A program made the position numbers and the translations under genes. Under the pieces are notes generated by a model, which saw only the letters and a list, made by a program, of their open reading frames with translations, ran no database searches and was not told the DNA's origin. 38,210 nt of DNA from a virus (taxonomy: Duplodnaviria; Caudoviricetes), in the IMG/VR virus record IMGVR_UViG_3300044728_000098, positions 1-38,210 of that record; one strand, 5' to 3'. Shown piece after piece: positions 15,560-24,955 of the stretch (position 1 is the first letter of the stretch; the number at the start of each line of letters is the position of its first letter).

Positions 15560-16277
15560 TCCAGTTGATTATGCTGATTACTCTGATTTTACTCGTGGAG
15601 TTTTAAGTTCAATTCCCGAAGATGATCGTCCAATCGTGGCAAAGTATGTAAAGGATTGGGATGGGAATGTAACAAGGAAGTTTCAAGAGATTCATTCTCA
15701 GTATCGTCCATATCTCGAACTTGGTGATATTGATGATTTGAGATACTCTCAGTATTACACATCCATGATGCAGAGTGATCCTGCACAATTTATCCGTGAA
15801 CTAACAACAGCTATGAGGGAAGCAGGAATGTCAACAGACGATCTTTTTGTAAATGATGGGGAATATGAGCCTCAGCAAGAATCGCAGCAAGATCAATTGG
15901 TGCGAGAGCTATTGGCAAAACAGGAACAGTACGAATCAATGCTCGGAACTGTTTACCAACAGCAACAGGCATTTCAACAGTCGCAGATGGAAGCGCAGCA
16001 AATGCAGCAACTTGACAGATTGATGCATGATATGCATACTCGGCACGGTGACTTTGACGATGACTGGTTTTTGCTTCAGCTAGAAAAGGGAGCAACTCCA
16101 GATCAAGCAATCAATGCTTACAAAGAACGGTTTGGCAGTCCTGAACGCAAACCAGCTCCAAGACTTTTGAATGGTAATGGAGCTGTAAGGCAGGACCAGG
16201 TTGATCCTTCTAGGTTAAGCGATTCGGATAGAAAAGCGTACGCGCTTGCAATCCTTCAAGCTAATCAACAATCCTAG
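15474..16277 (+). CDS. Capsid scaffolding protein
   Basis: Acidic, Q-rich and helical; between portal and MCP. Confidence 0.75.
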   Translation: MSDFNNPEMPDLIIPPFQPTDSPNQSQPDPVDYADYSDFTRGVLSSIPEDDRPIVAKYVKDWDGNVTRKFQEIHSQYRPYLELGDIDDLRYSQYYTSMMQSDPAQFIRELTTAMREAGMSTDDLFVNDGEYEPQQESQQDQLVRELLAKQEQYESMLGTVYQQQQAFQQSQMEAQQMQQLDRLMHDMHTRHGDFDDDWFLLQLEKGATPDQAINAYKERFGSPERKPAPRLLNGNGAVRQDQVDPSRLSDSDRKAYALAILQANQQS

Positions 16278-16293
16278 GTAAAGGAAAAATCAA

Positions 16294-17505
16294 ATGCCAG
16301 CAACCCTAGCCACTGTTAATGGCATCCTCAAAGAAGTATATGAGGGTGGCGTTACCGATCAGTTGGATGAGAACGCAGTTGCTATTAAGAGAATTGAAAA
16401 GTCCTCAGAAGGAATTTTCTCTACTCCTGGTGGTAAGTACGTTGTCTTTCCACTCCACACCCAGCGTAACTCTGGTATTAGTTACCGCGCAGAAAGTGCA
16501 CAACTTGGTCCGGCAGGTCAGCAAGGATACGCACAAGCGCAAGAGCGTTTGAAGTATGGATATGGCCGAATCAAGATTACTGGCCCGACAATCGCTTTGG
16601 CAGATTCTAATCCCAAGTCTTTCATCAATGCACTTGATGGTGAAATGAATGGTTTGAAGAAGGATTTGACGAAGGATTGCAACAGAATCGCATGGGGCAA
16701 CACAGCCTCATTTGTCTCGTCTGGAAAGACTGGAGGCATTTCGGTTCTCACGGCTCCAAGTGCAGCTTCAACAACTGTTACTGCTCCAACAGCATTGCTT
16801 CAAGTTGGTGAATATATTGACATTGCAGCAGGTGCTACAGGCGTTCCTGTAGCTGGTAGTACCGGCCGTACAATTGTCTCTATTACTTCACCAACAGCAT
16901 TTGTTGTTGATGCTGTGGTAACAAATGCAACAGGTGATTTTGTTGTTCGTAACGGCAACACCGATAATGAGCCTTATGGGTTGGCTCAGCTTGTTGATGA
17001 TGCAGGAACACTTCATGGCATTAACTCTGCAACAGCCGGTAATGAATACTGGAGAAGCATTGATGATGGTGCCACTACTGCCCTGACTGAACTCGTTGTC
17101 ATTAAGATGATGGACGATATTAAGCAGAAGAGCGGTGGAAAGCCAAGTGTTCTTTTCTCAGCACTCGGAGTTCGCAGGACTTACTTCAACCTCCTCACAT
17201 CTTTGCGCCGATACAATGAGCCAAAGCAATGGGATGGTGGTCTTGTTGGTCTTGCATTCATGTACGAAGGCGATTTGCCTTTCGTTGCCGACCCAGATCA
17301 GCCTCCGAAGTCTTTGTACGCAGTACAAGAGTCGGAAGTAATGATCTACCGCGATAAGCCGTGGTATTGGGAAGATATTGACGGATCGGTTCTTAAGTAC
17401 GTGCATGACTATGACGTATTTGAAGCACTGATGAAGCAGTATTGGCAGATTGTTACCCACAAGCGTGGTGCTCACGGTAGGTTCACAAACCTTACTGAGT
17501 CCTAA
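16294..17505 (+). CDS. Major capsid protein (HK97 fold) with a beta-rich insertion
   Basis: AAAGGA SD, ILKEVY N-terminus, size and position, followed by a strong terminator. Confidence 0.9.
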   Translation: MPATLATVNGILKEVYEGGVTDQLDENAVAIKRIEKSSEGIFSTPGGKYVVFPLHTQRNSGISYRAESAQLGPAGQQGYAQAQERLKYGYGRIKITGPTIALADSNPKSFINALDGEMNGLKKDLTKDCNRIAWGNTASFVSSGKTGGISVLTAPSAASTTVTAPTALLQVGEYIDIAAGATGVPVAGSTGRTIVSITSPTAFVVDAVVTNATGDFVVRNGNTDNEPYGLAQLVDDAGTLHGINSATAGNEYWRSIDDGATTALTELVVIKMMDDIKQKSGGKPSVLFSALGVRRTYFNLLTSLRRYNEPKQWDGGLVGLAFMYEGDLPFVADPDQPPKSLYAVQESEVMIYRDKPWYWEDIDGSVLKYVHDYDVFEALMKQYWQIVTHKRGAHGRFTNLTES

Positions 17506-17511
17506 CAATTG

Positions 17512-17560
17512 GTGCCAGGTAGTATCGGTGTTGCCACTTCTGATACTACCTGGCACTTTG
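17512..17560 (+). terminator. Intrinsic terminator after the MCP gene
   Basis: 15-bp stem GTGCCAGGTAGTATC / GATACTACCTGGCAC followed by TTTG. Confidence 0.85.
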
Positions 17561-17576
17561 TCATTTGGAGGCGATA

Positions 17577-18068
17577 ATGGTTATTCTAGATGATGGAAAG
17601 AATTATCTAGATATGGGTGGAGTTTGGGTGGAGTCTGATGCTTTGCGGATAGCCCAAGCAGTTAAAGATTACGACGACAATCTCGAAGTAATTTGTCTTG
17701 ATCCTGCTGATCCCAGGGTCAAAATTACTTCTGCGCCATTTATGGTCATTCAGAGAATGGCAAATGGTACATACCAAAAGGTCTTGGAAGCGTGGGAACT
17801 CGATAATCGCATTATGGAGCGAATTTGGGCTGCCGATCAACAAAAGAACGATCAACTTGATACTCTTGAAAAATGGGAGAAGGCGATCAAAGATGGTCAA
17901 GACAAGCGATATCGCGAACAGCTTGATGAAGCCAATGAGTTGTCTCTTGACATTCTCGCATCAAAGGCTTCTGGATATTCATTTAGGAACAAGATCGGTG
18001 ATAAAGTCAAGCTACACGAAGATCAGCCAATTCCTACATTGAATGATGGGAAAAAGAGCTTCTCATGA
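17577..18068 (+). CDS. Hypothetical morphogenesis protein
   Basis: GGAGG SD before ATG 17577; ATGA overlap downstream. Confidence 0.8.
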   Translation: MVILDDGKNYLDMGGVWVESDALRIAQAVKDYDDNLEVICLDPADPRVKITSAPFMVIQRMANGTYQKVLEAWELDNRIMERIWAADQQKNDQLDTLEKWEKAIKDGQDKRYREQLDEANELSLDILASKASGYSFRNKIGDKVKLHEDQPIPTLNDGKKSFS

Positions 18069-18709
18069 ATCTAACTACTGTAGTGCGGAAAGTTCAAAGA
18101 TTGTTTGGTGACACAGCAGCAGAAATTGTCATTCAATCAACTGACATTTTTGATTGGGTAGATGAAGCTCAGCTTCAAATTACTCGAAAGACTCACTGTC
18201 TTACTAAAAGCACTACAGGAATCGCTGCTTCGACTTTTCCTCTTAACCTCCCTGCTGATTGGATTATGTCGAAGCGGCTTGTTTATGGAAAGACAATTCT
18301 CAAGTTCGTAGAGATTGATGATCTTGATGGACTAAGTTATGATGCGACCGTGCCTGTAGATACTCCCACGGTGTATTATATCTTCAACAAGCAATTGAAT
18401 TTGTACCCTAATAAGGGTGCAAATGATAATACACAGTTGCAACATGATTATGTGTGCTCCCCCACGCTAATTGCTACAATTGCAACTCCCTTAGATGTTC
18501 CCTTGTCATATCACGAGGACATTGTACGTTATTGTATCATGCGAGCGCATGAACGTAACGAGAACTACAAGGCTCAGCAGATTAGTTCTGATACTCTGGA
18601 AGCTTATTCTGGAGAGAGAATGCAAGAATCTACTAATCCTAATGAGGAAAACTATGTAGTTCGGGATGACCCCGGTGAGAATGAAGTGTTCTCTGCCTAT
18701 ACATACTAA
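18065..18709 (+). CDS. Head-tail adaptor (tail tubular protein A-like)
   Basis: WVDEAQLQI, LPADW, LNLYP and YHEDIVRY pattern typical of podoviral adaptors; position fits. Confidence 0.75.
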   Translation: MNLTTVVRKVQRLFGDTAAEIVIQSTDIFDWVDEAQLQITRKTHCLTKSTTGIAASTFPLNLPADWIMSKRLVYGKTILKFVEIDDLDGLSYDATVPVDTPTVYYIFNKQLNLYPNKGANDNTQLQHDYVCSPTLIATIATPLDVPLSYHEDIVRYCIMRAHERNENYKAQQISSDTLEAYSGERMQESTNPNEENYVVRDDPGENEVFSAYTY

Positions 18710-18717
18710 GGGTTCAA

Positions 18718-20340
18718 ATGGCTGTCTTTGGAGAAGAGACTTTCGAGCTTCCTATCTTTTCGGGACTTGGCATAACTGATAGACCCACCGAAACTCTTTG
18801 TCCTCAGCTTCAAAATCTCTTTTTAAGTTCTGAGAAAGAGTACCGTCTGCGTGAAGATTTCGTTCTAATTCAGCGAACCACAAAAACGCCTATCGCTATT
18901 GGGGTTGCTCAACCAGTTCCTAGAACACTGTTTGAGAATAACATGGAAGTGTTCACGGCTGTAGGTATTGAGACTGCGGATACTCCTACGATTTTACAGT
19001 TCTTTGATGATGGAGCGTCTAGAGACTGTAGATGGTTGAACTGTAATGCAATCACTCCTACATCAGTAGTTCAAACATTAGCTGCGGGTTATGGTGTTAA
19101 AGCCTTCTGTCAATACAAGGATCGCTATTACGCATCTAATGGTACTACAGTTGGTAAAATCTTCCGACTCTCTAATTTTGTATCTGCTGGTGGAGCTTTA
19201 ACGGTTACTGATCTGAACACTATTACTAAAGGTGTAGATATTCTTCTCACCTTCCGTTCTCGGGTGTTTGGGATTAAGAAGAACCGTATTTACTATACTG
19301 ATCTTCCAGCCATTGCGGGTTATCCTGAGGTTTGGAATGAGAATATCAATGTCATTGAAATCCCTTCTGTAGACTTTGACGTTACAGTACATAACGCATT
19401 TGTCTATAGGGATAAGATCTATATGTTTACAGATAAGGGCATTTATGTTCTTGCTGTGAATGGTGCCCCTGTAAACTGGAGTATTCAGCCGGTAAGTACC
19501 AACTACCCAATCTATGACAGAGACTCTGTATGTCTTAACAAGAATGTGGTTTTCTTGACAGATCAACAGAGTGTAACGATGTTTGATGGTTCACAATTTA
19601 AGCCTGTTTCCAACAACATTCGTTCCGTTTTCCACAATAATAGTTCAAGTTATTGTTGGTTTAGTGTGTATGCTTGGGAAGATGGAATTATTCTTACTAG
19701 AAATAGCTTTAATGCTCCTTCTGGATTTTACACACGAAGTACAAACACCAATAATAACAAAAAAATGCTCTATTTCAATATGTTTATTTGGTCTGAGATA
19801 GAGTTTGCTGATAACTATTGGGCTACGATCAAAGCTGGTCGTAGTCTTTTGCCGTATAGAGGCAAGGTTGCTAGTAGTTGGGTTTGTGGAGTTACTGGTG
19901 CTACAGAACAATCTATTTATTTCTATGACGGAGGTTATTGGAAAGGAGATTGTTCTAATAGTACAGATCATATTGGTGGTACTAGGTCAAAGAAACCTGT
20001 GTATCTTCAAACACCCGCTCCATTCCTAAAGAGTAGGACTTTTAAGAAGTACAAGTACGTAGATATCTATGGTTACTTGAATGACTTGAACTCTGGGTCT
20101 AATCTTTACTTTAATAATGAACTAGTTACGGCCGCTGATAAAGGTAAGTCTATCTTTAAAGCGCCTATTAGTTCAACTGAAGGTTCTTCATTTCGAGGAA
20201 TGCCCTCCATTCCTTTGGTAATTTCTGGAGTAGTGGATGCTAATCTAAATGGATTGCCTAATGATCCACCCTTTCTAATTACTGGAGTTGATTTGATTTA
20301 TAATCAGGACAATCGTGGTAGAGATGGTATGGGAACATGA
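18718..20340 (+). CDS. Tail nozzle / tubular protein B-like (beta-propeller)
   Basis: Beta-rich 540 aa; FRSRVF...RIYYTD...PEVW; follows the adaptor. Confidence 0.75.
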   Translation: MAVFGEETFELPIFSGLGITDRPTETLCPQLQNLFLSSEKEYRLREDFVLIQRTTKTPIAIGVAQPVPRTLFENNMEVFTAVGIETADTPTILQFFDDGASRDCRWLNCNAITPTSVVQTLAAGYGVKAFCQYKDRYYASNGTTVGKIFRLSNFVSAGGALTVTDLNTITKGVDILLTFRSRVFGIKKNRIYYTDLPAIAGYPEVWNENINVIEIPSVDFDVTVHNAFVYRDKIYMFTDKGIYVLAVNGAPVNWSIQPVSTNYPIYDRDSVCLNKNVVFLTDQQSVTMFDGSQFKPVSNNIRSVFHNNSSSYCWFSVYAWEDGIILTRNSFNAPSGFYTRSTNTNNNKKMLYFNMFIWSEIEFADNYWATIKAGRSLLPYRGKVASSWVCGVTGATEQSIYFYDGGYWKGDCSNSTDHIGGTRSKKPVYLQTPAPFLKSRTFKKYKYVDIYGYLNDLNSGSNLYFNNELVTAADKGKSIFKAPISSTEGSSFRGMPSIPLVISGVVDANLNGLPNDPPFLITGVDLIYNQDNRGRDGMGT

Positions 20341-21764
20341 CTGATTTTACTAAACCAGAGGAAACTGCCCTTAATCCTATTCAACCTGTCTCTGATGATT
20401 TCTCTACAGACGGCTATCTTCCTGAATTTGCAAAGATAGATCATCAACATCCTCTCTCTGAGAGTTTGAGACAAGCCATTTTTAATGCTGGTGTTGGAAC
20501 GTATGTTCTGAAAACCGGAGATACAATGTCCGGTAACCTTACAATGAATGGCAACGTCATTCTGAATGGCAGTAACTACATTTCATTCAACAGTCTTAGT
20601 AATCGAATTTACTATCTTTCATCTCCTGGCGCTACTCCTTGGATGGTTGGTCCTAGAATCATTGGAGAGACTGGTTTTTCTTTCTATAATGCAGCACAGG
20701 GTATAGATGTTTTAGGTTATAGAGGCGCATCAGCTTATTATATGTGGATTGCCAATAAGCTAATAGTTGGTTCAACTCCTAGTGATGCTATGGCCTATCA
20801 AGCTCTGAATGTTAATGGGCATATTAGTATGCAGGGCACCTTTGGTGTTGGATGGTCCTCTTACTATAACGCTGCTGCGATTTGGATGCAAGATTCAACT
20901 TGGGTAAGAGTTACACCTAATCTCTATTCCTCTGGAATTATTGGTGGAAATGCAGGTATTTCTGCTGGTGGTGCTGGTGGATCAATGGGTGGTTATACGG
21001 GACTTTATTGTCCAGGTACTGCATATCATGGCACAACTACTTTTGTAGGTCATGTAACTGGTTCTGGTATTATGTTCCAAAGTACACGAACTGGAACACT
21101 AGCTTGGGGAGATTCACCTTTCTTTGCTAATCCTGGTGCAACAAGAGCGCAATATTGTATGCACCCAGGTGGAGTTGCTGGTAACTTGCGAATGGATCAA
21201 TCCTTCGCTTCTTTTTTATGTGTAGACCTAAATGGTACTGCATATTACTCAGTATCAGCATCTGCGTTTGCTGTAGGTTCTAAGAGAAGCTACAAGCAAG
21301 ATATTAAAGATTGGCCGCCAAAACCTGGTCCTGGTTTAAGTGCAGATGAGCAGCCAATCAAAGCTATGGATTTGGTTCGAGAGTTAAATATTGTGTCTTA
21401 TAGACGCAAAGAAGAACAACTCATGGCTCAAACTTGGAAAACGGAACGTAGGAATCAAGCTCATTCAAGACTTAATCGGTTTAGAGAAAACCGTGGGTTG
21501 GAGCCTTATCCTTATGAAATTCATAGTTGTGATGATCCAATCTGTGATGGGACTCTTGAGAGTCCTTGCGCTTGGAAAAAGAACTGGGCACAAGAACAAC
21601 TAGGTTTAATCGTAGAAGATACTATTGGAATCGCCCCTGAGATAATTCAGTACGATCAAAAGGGAGAAGCTGGATTCATTGATGTTCATTCTCATGTATC
21701 TCTACTACATGCCGCAATCAAAGAACTGGAAGAACGAATTTACTTCCTAGAGAGGGTAAGCTAA
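20337..21764 (+). CDS. Tail fibre / receptor-binding protein with C-terminal intramolecular chaperone (peptidase S74-like)
   Basis: YVLKTGDTMSGNL motif; S-KRSYKQDI, LGLIVED and terminal coiled coil AIKELEERIYFLE. Confidence 0.85.
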   Translation: MTDFTKPEETALNPIQPVSDDFSTDGYLPEFAKIDHQHPLSESLRQAIFNAGVGTYVLKTGDTMSGNLTMNGNVILNGSNYISFNSLSNRIYYLSSPGATPWMVGPRIIGETGFSFYNAAQGIDVLGYRGASAYYMWIANKLIVGSTPSDAMAYQALNVNGHISMQGTFGVGWSSYYNAAAIWMQDSTWVRVTPNLYSSGIIGGNAGISAGGAGGSMGGYTGLYCPGTAYHGTTTFVGHVTGSGIMFQSTRTGTLAWGDSPFFANPGATRAQYCMHPGGVAGNLRMDQSFASFLCVDLNGTAYYSVSASAFAVGSKRSYKQDIKDWPPKPGPGLSADEQPIKAMDLVRELNIVSYRRKEEQLMAQTWKTERRNQAHSRLNRFRENRGLEPYPYEIHSCDDPICDGTLESPCAWKKNWAQEQLGLIVEDTIGIAPEIIQYDQKGEAGFIDVHSHVSLLHAAIKELEERIYFLERVS

Positions 21765-21991
21765 TGGCTCAAATGACAATCAACATTCCAGATAATCAGC
21801 TGGATAGGGTTATGGAAGCTCTTTGTGCAAATTTGCCAAACATTGATAGCTTTTCGTCTGGTGTGACACCTACTCCTGCTTTGGCAAAGCAAGTCGTTCT
21901 TAACATGATTAAAGAACGAGTGAAGATGTACGAGGAAGCAAAGAGAGCTACAACAATTCCACCCATAGATGTGTCGAACATCATAAGTTAG
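21764..21991 (+). CDS. Small hypothetical protein after the tail fibre
   Basis: TAATG coupling. Confidence 0.75.
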   Translation: MAQMTINIPDNQLDRVMEALCANLPNIDSFSSGVTPTPALAKQVVLNMIKERVKMYEEAKRATTIPPIDVSNIIS

Positions 21992-21997
21992 GAACAC

Positions 21998-22162
21998 ATG
22001 GACCCGCTAGAAATTGATCCCAACAAGCTTCTTGAAGCCATTAATGCTGAATTCCCAAAGGAGTTCATGATTTGTGCTCAAAGACTTCATATTTTGAAGT
22101 TGCAAGAAAAGCTTCAAGAGGCCGAGACATTCAACGAAGTAGTAAAGGAGCCTAATGCCTGA
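21998..22162 (+). CDS. 54 aa coiled-coil microprotein (not in ORF track)
   Basis: AGGA SD; MDPLEIDPNKLLEAINAEFPKEF... fills the gap. Confidence 0.65.
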   Translation: MDPLEIDPNKLLEAINAEFPKEFMICAQRLHILKLQEKLQEAETFNEVVKEPNA

Positions 22163-22400
22163 TATGCTGGGTAAGAAATCAGTTACAGACCGTTATGCAC
22201 GAGGAAATACTGTGTATAATGGTACTGGAGCTTCACCAAATCCGATGGGAAGAAATCAAAACAAACTAACACCACTACAGGCTGCTGCTAAATTGCAGCG
22301 TAAGCGCAGGAATGCAGTTATGAATCCTGGTCCGATGAAGCCTAAGCCAACAACAAATCCTAATTCATTGTTAACCGACCGAGGAGGTACATACACCTAA
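22155..22400 (+). CDS. Small basic putative internal virion protein
   Basis: AAAGGAG SD; K/R/P/N-rich. Confidence 0.7.
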   Translation: MPDMLGKKSVTDRYARGNTVYNGTGASPNPMGRNQNKLTPLQAAAKLQRKRRNAVMNPGPMKPKPTTNPNSLLTDRGGTYT

Positions 22401-23104
22401 TGCCTGAATACATTTCACCAGGACTTACAATCCAAGAACCGCCAACTATTGCAGCTGGTAGAAATGCTCCTGTTGGACCATTGGCTAGTGATGCAAGTGT
22501 CGCTGCTGCTTATCAAGCATTGATGCAAGCAATCACTAATGCTGATTTGGATAAGGGAGTTTTCCAACGTCAGCTTACAGACAATCTCACACGTTCAAAG
22601 TCTGATCGTCAAAAGGCTTTGTTAATGGGCAATCAAGGTCTTGCGGATCGTGGTTTGCTTAATAGTGGTGCAGCTTTGCAGCAACAGCAAGATATTGGAA
22701 CTCAATGGGATGCATACGATAGTCAACTTCAAGACCTCTATAATCAAGGAGTTACTGGAGTTGATCGTGGTATTACTGCTTTGGAATCTGGCTATAATAC
22801 TTCGCAATTGGATGCTTCTCACCGATGGACACAAGATCAAGCCGCTGCTGCTGATGCAGCAATTAAGCACCAACAGAGTATTGATGCTATCAATGCTCAA
22901 ACTGCCCAATTGATGTCAATCATTCAGCCTCAAATTGATCCTGCAATGGCTGCGGCTGCTGCTGCACCACAGCAATCATATACATCGCCCGTTTACAATC
23001 CGCAGGCACAAGCGGCATCAAAGCCAAAGGTTACAGTTAAGGCAACTACTCCTTCTGGAACAACTGGTAAGTTGATTCAGTCTAGATTGGCTGGGCCTCA
23101 ATAA
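22400..23104 (+). CDS. Putative internal virion (ejection) protein
   Basis: A/Q-rich helical; LADRGLLNSG motif; AGGAGG SD. Confidence 0.7.
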   Translation: MPEYISPGLTIQEPPTIAAGRNAPVGPLASDASVAAAYQALMQAITNADLDKGVFQRQLTDNLTRSKSDRQKALLMGNQGLADRGLLNSGAALQQQQDIGTQWDAYDSQLQDLYNQGVTGVDRGITALESGYNTSQLDASHRWTQDQAAAADAAIKHQQSIDAINAQTAQLMSIIQPQIDPAMAAAAAAPQQSYTSPVYNPQAQAASKPKVTVKATTPSGTTGKLIQSRLAGPQ

Positions 23105-23535
23105 TGCCTAAGAAACCAAATGGCCCTAATGTAGGTGTAAGGGCTGAGGATGGAAGTATTGTACCTCCAAAATTCTACAAGAAAATGGGTACAACACGTA
23201 AGACTCTTCCTAAAAAGATTCTCAAGAAAGCACAGTATCCAACTGGAATGATGGGTACTAATGCAGATCAACGTGGTGCAAAAAAGCTTAAGGGCTTTGA
23301 TTACAGCGGTAGCAAGAATGGTGGGATTTGGAAGAATCCTAATGGCGTTCAAGTAGGACGTTCAGCACAAGAGGATTCTACAATCTATCCTCAAAAATCT
23401 ACAGGTGATACTGCTACACCTGCAAGTTTGCAGAATGCTATCCATATTCATCTGCATGGAAGTAAAACTGATGGTGGGGCTAACTACCAGAAATTGGCTA
23501 AAACAGCAAATAAGTTGAGAGGTAGGAAAAAGTAA
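23104..23535 (+). CDS. Basic low-complexity putative internal protein
   Basis: TAATG coupling; K/G-rich. Confidence 0.7.
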   Translation: MPKKPNGPNVGVRAEDGSIVPPKFYKKMGTTRKTLPKKILKKAQYPTGMMGTNADQRGAKKLKGFDYSGSKNGGIWKNPNGVQVGRSAQEDSTIYPQKSTGDTATPASLQNAIHIHLHGSKTDGGANYQKLAKTANKLRGRKK

Positions 23536-23723
23536 TGCCTCCTGGAAAAAGACCCATACATATGCCCAAAACGGTACCGATAAGTGAGAGAGGTATCTTT
23601 GGTCCTATGAAAACAATTTCTAATGCCATTGGTCTTACCGATGACAGAGATTGGCAAAACAAAGCTACGGATATGCAAAAAGCCGCCCGAACTAAAAGGC
23701 GGCTTAGAGGGAAAGGTGGTTAG
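23535..23723 (+). CDS. Small basic putative internal protein
   Basis: TAATG coupling; R/K-rich C-terminus. Confidence 0.65.
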   Translation: MPPGKRPIHMPKTVPISERGIFGPMKTISNAIGLTDDRDWQNKATDMQKAARTKRRLRGKGG

Positions 23724-23725
23724 TT

Positions 23726-24955
23726 ATGCCTACGCCAAAGAAACCTGCCCGTGTAGTAGATGAAAGAGTCTACGAAGCTGATATTATCAGGAATGCTAAA
23801 AGGCCGAATGCCCCACCTGTAGTTCTTTCTCCACCACCTTTAGGTACTACTTCTCGTGCATATGCTAATGCTCGTGGATCACAATCAGGATTAAATATCC
23901 CTAACTCTACTAATGCAACTACTCCTGGAAGTGGTTTAGCTGGAGCGGCTGCTGTAAGATTAAGTGGTGGAGGAAGTGGTGGAGGCGGTGGTGGCGCTGT
24001 TGCTCCTGTTGATCCTTTAGCTGGATATGTTGCGGATAAAGCTGATCTGAGTAAGAATCCAATCCCTGCTTTGTATGATACGCTTCTTGCATATACAAAA
24101 GCAAATGCAGATGCTCGCCCTGCAATTTATCAGCAGTATTCTGATAAATTCAAAGTGAATCAGGAAGCTGCGAATAAGCAGTTGTATGATGCTTATTTGG
24201 GTTCTCGTACTGAACAGGATGCACAAGCTACAGCATTTGGAGTTGATCCAGCAATTGTTGCTCAGGCTAGAGATTTAGCTATGCGAAAGAGTCAAGAGAA
24301 TTCAGATCAAAGCCTTGCTGATAATCAAGCATGGTTGCTTAAGTCTGGACTTCTTTCTCAACAGCAAGCTATGGCAATGGGCGATCAATATGCAAAGGAA
24401 AGAGTAACTCAATCTAGTGCATGGGATCAACTGGAAGAAGAAAGAGTTTCACAACTTAATCTTCTTAGATTGCAATTGCTTGCGGATCAGATAAGTGCTA
24501 AATCTAAAGGTGGCGGCGGTGGTGGAGGTAGACGTGGTGGAGGAGGAAGTTCTAGTAGTGGAGATACAGGAGTTACTGAAACTATGACTTCTGATAATCC
24601 TGAGATGGATTTAGCTCTCATGGAACTAAAGAGAACTAATCCAGCTTTGGCTGCAATTGCTGAAAGGACTCTTAATCTGAGTGGTCGTGGAGATACGGTT
24701 AAAGCTGCTCAAGAGGAATATGATCGGCAAGTTCAAATTGCCAATACAAGAGCTAAGCCTTTGGGTGGTCGTAATCCTACAGGACTTATTGGTAAAGCTT
24801 TAGGAGCGGCTAAGACTAACATAGCATCAACTAGGGCGAAGATTCAACTTCCCACTCTATATGCTCCAAATATCCAATTCGCTAAGACGTTTAGTGGAAC
24901 TGGTAGTAATCCTAAGAAGAAGGTGACCCAAACTACTAAAGGTAGAGCCGGATGA
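23726..24955 (+). CDS. Putative ejection protein with two glycine hinges
   Basis: A/Q-rich helical core flanked by poly-Gly tracts. Confidence 0.7.
   Translation: MPTPKKPARVVDERVYEADIIRNAKRPNAPPVVLSPPPLGTTSRAYANARGSQSGLNIPNSTNATTPGSGLAGAAAVRLSGGGSGGGGGGAVAPVDPLAGYVADKADLSKNPIPALYDTLLAYTKANADARPAIYQQYSDKFKVNQEAANKQLYDAYLGSRTEQDAQATAFGVDPAIVAQARDLAMRKSQENSDQSLADNQAWLLKSGLLSQQQAMAMGDQYAKERVTQSSAWDQLEEERVSQLNLLRLQLLADQISAKSKGGGGGGGRRGGGGSSSSGDTGVTETMTSDNPEMDLALMELKRTNPALAAIAERTLNLSGRGDTVKAAQEEYDRQVQIANTRAKPLGGRNPTGLIGKALGAAKTNIASTRAKIQLPTLYAPNIQFAKTFSGTGSNPKKKVTQTTKGRAG

Noticed and set aside
20337-21764. Diversity-generating retroelement or invertible tail-fibre cassette
   Set aside because: No reverse transcriptase, recombinase or template/variable repeat pair seen.
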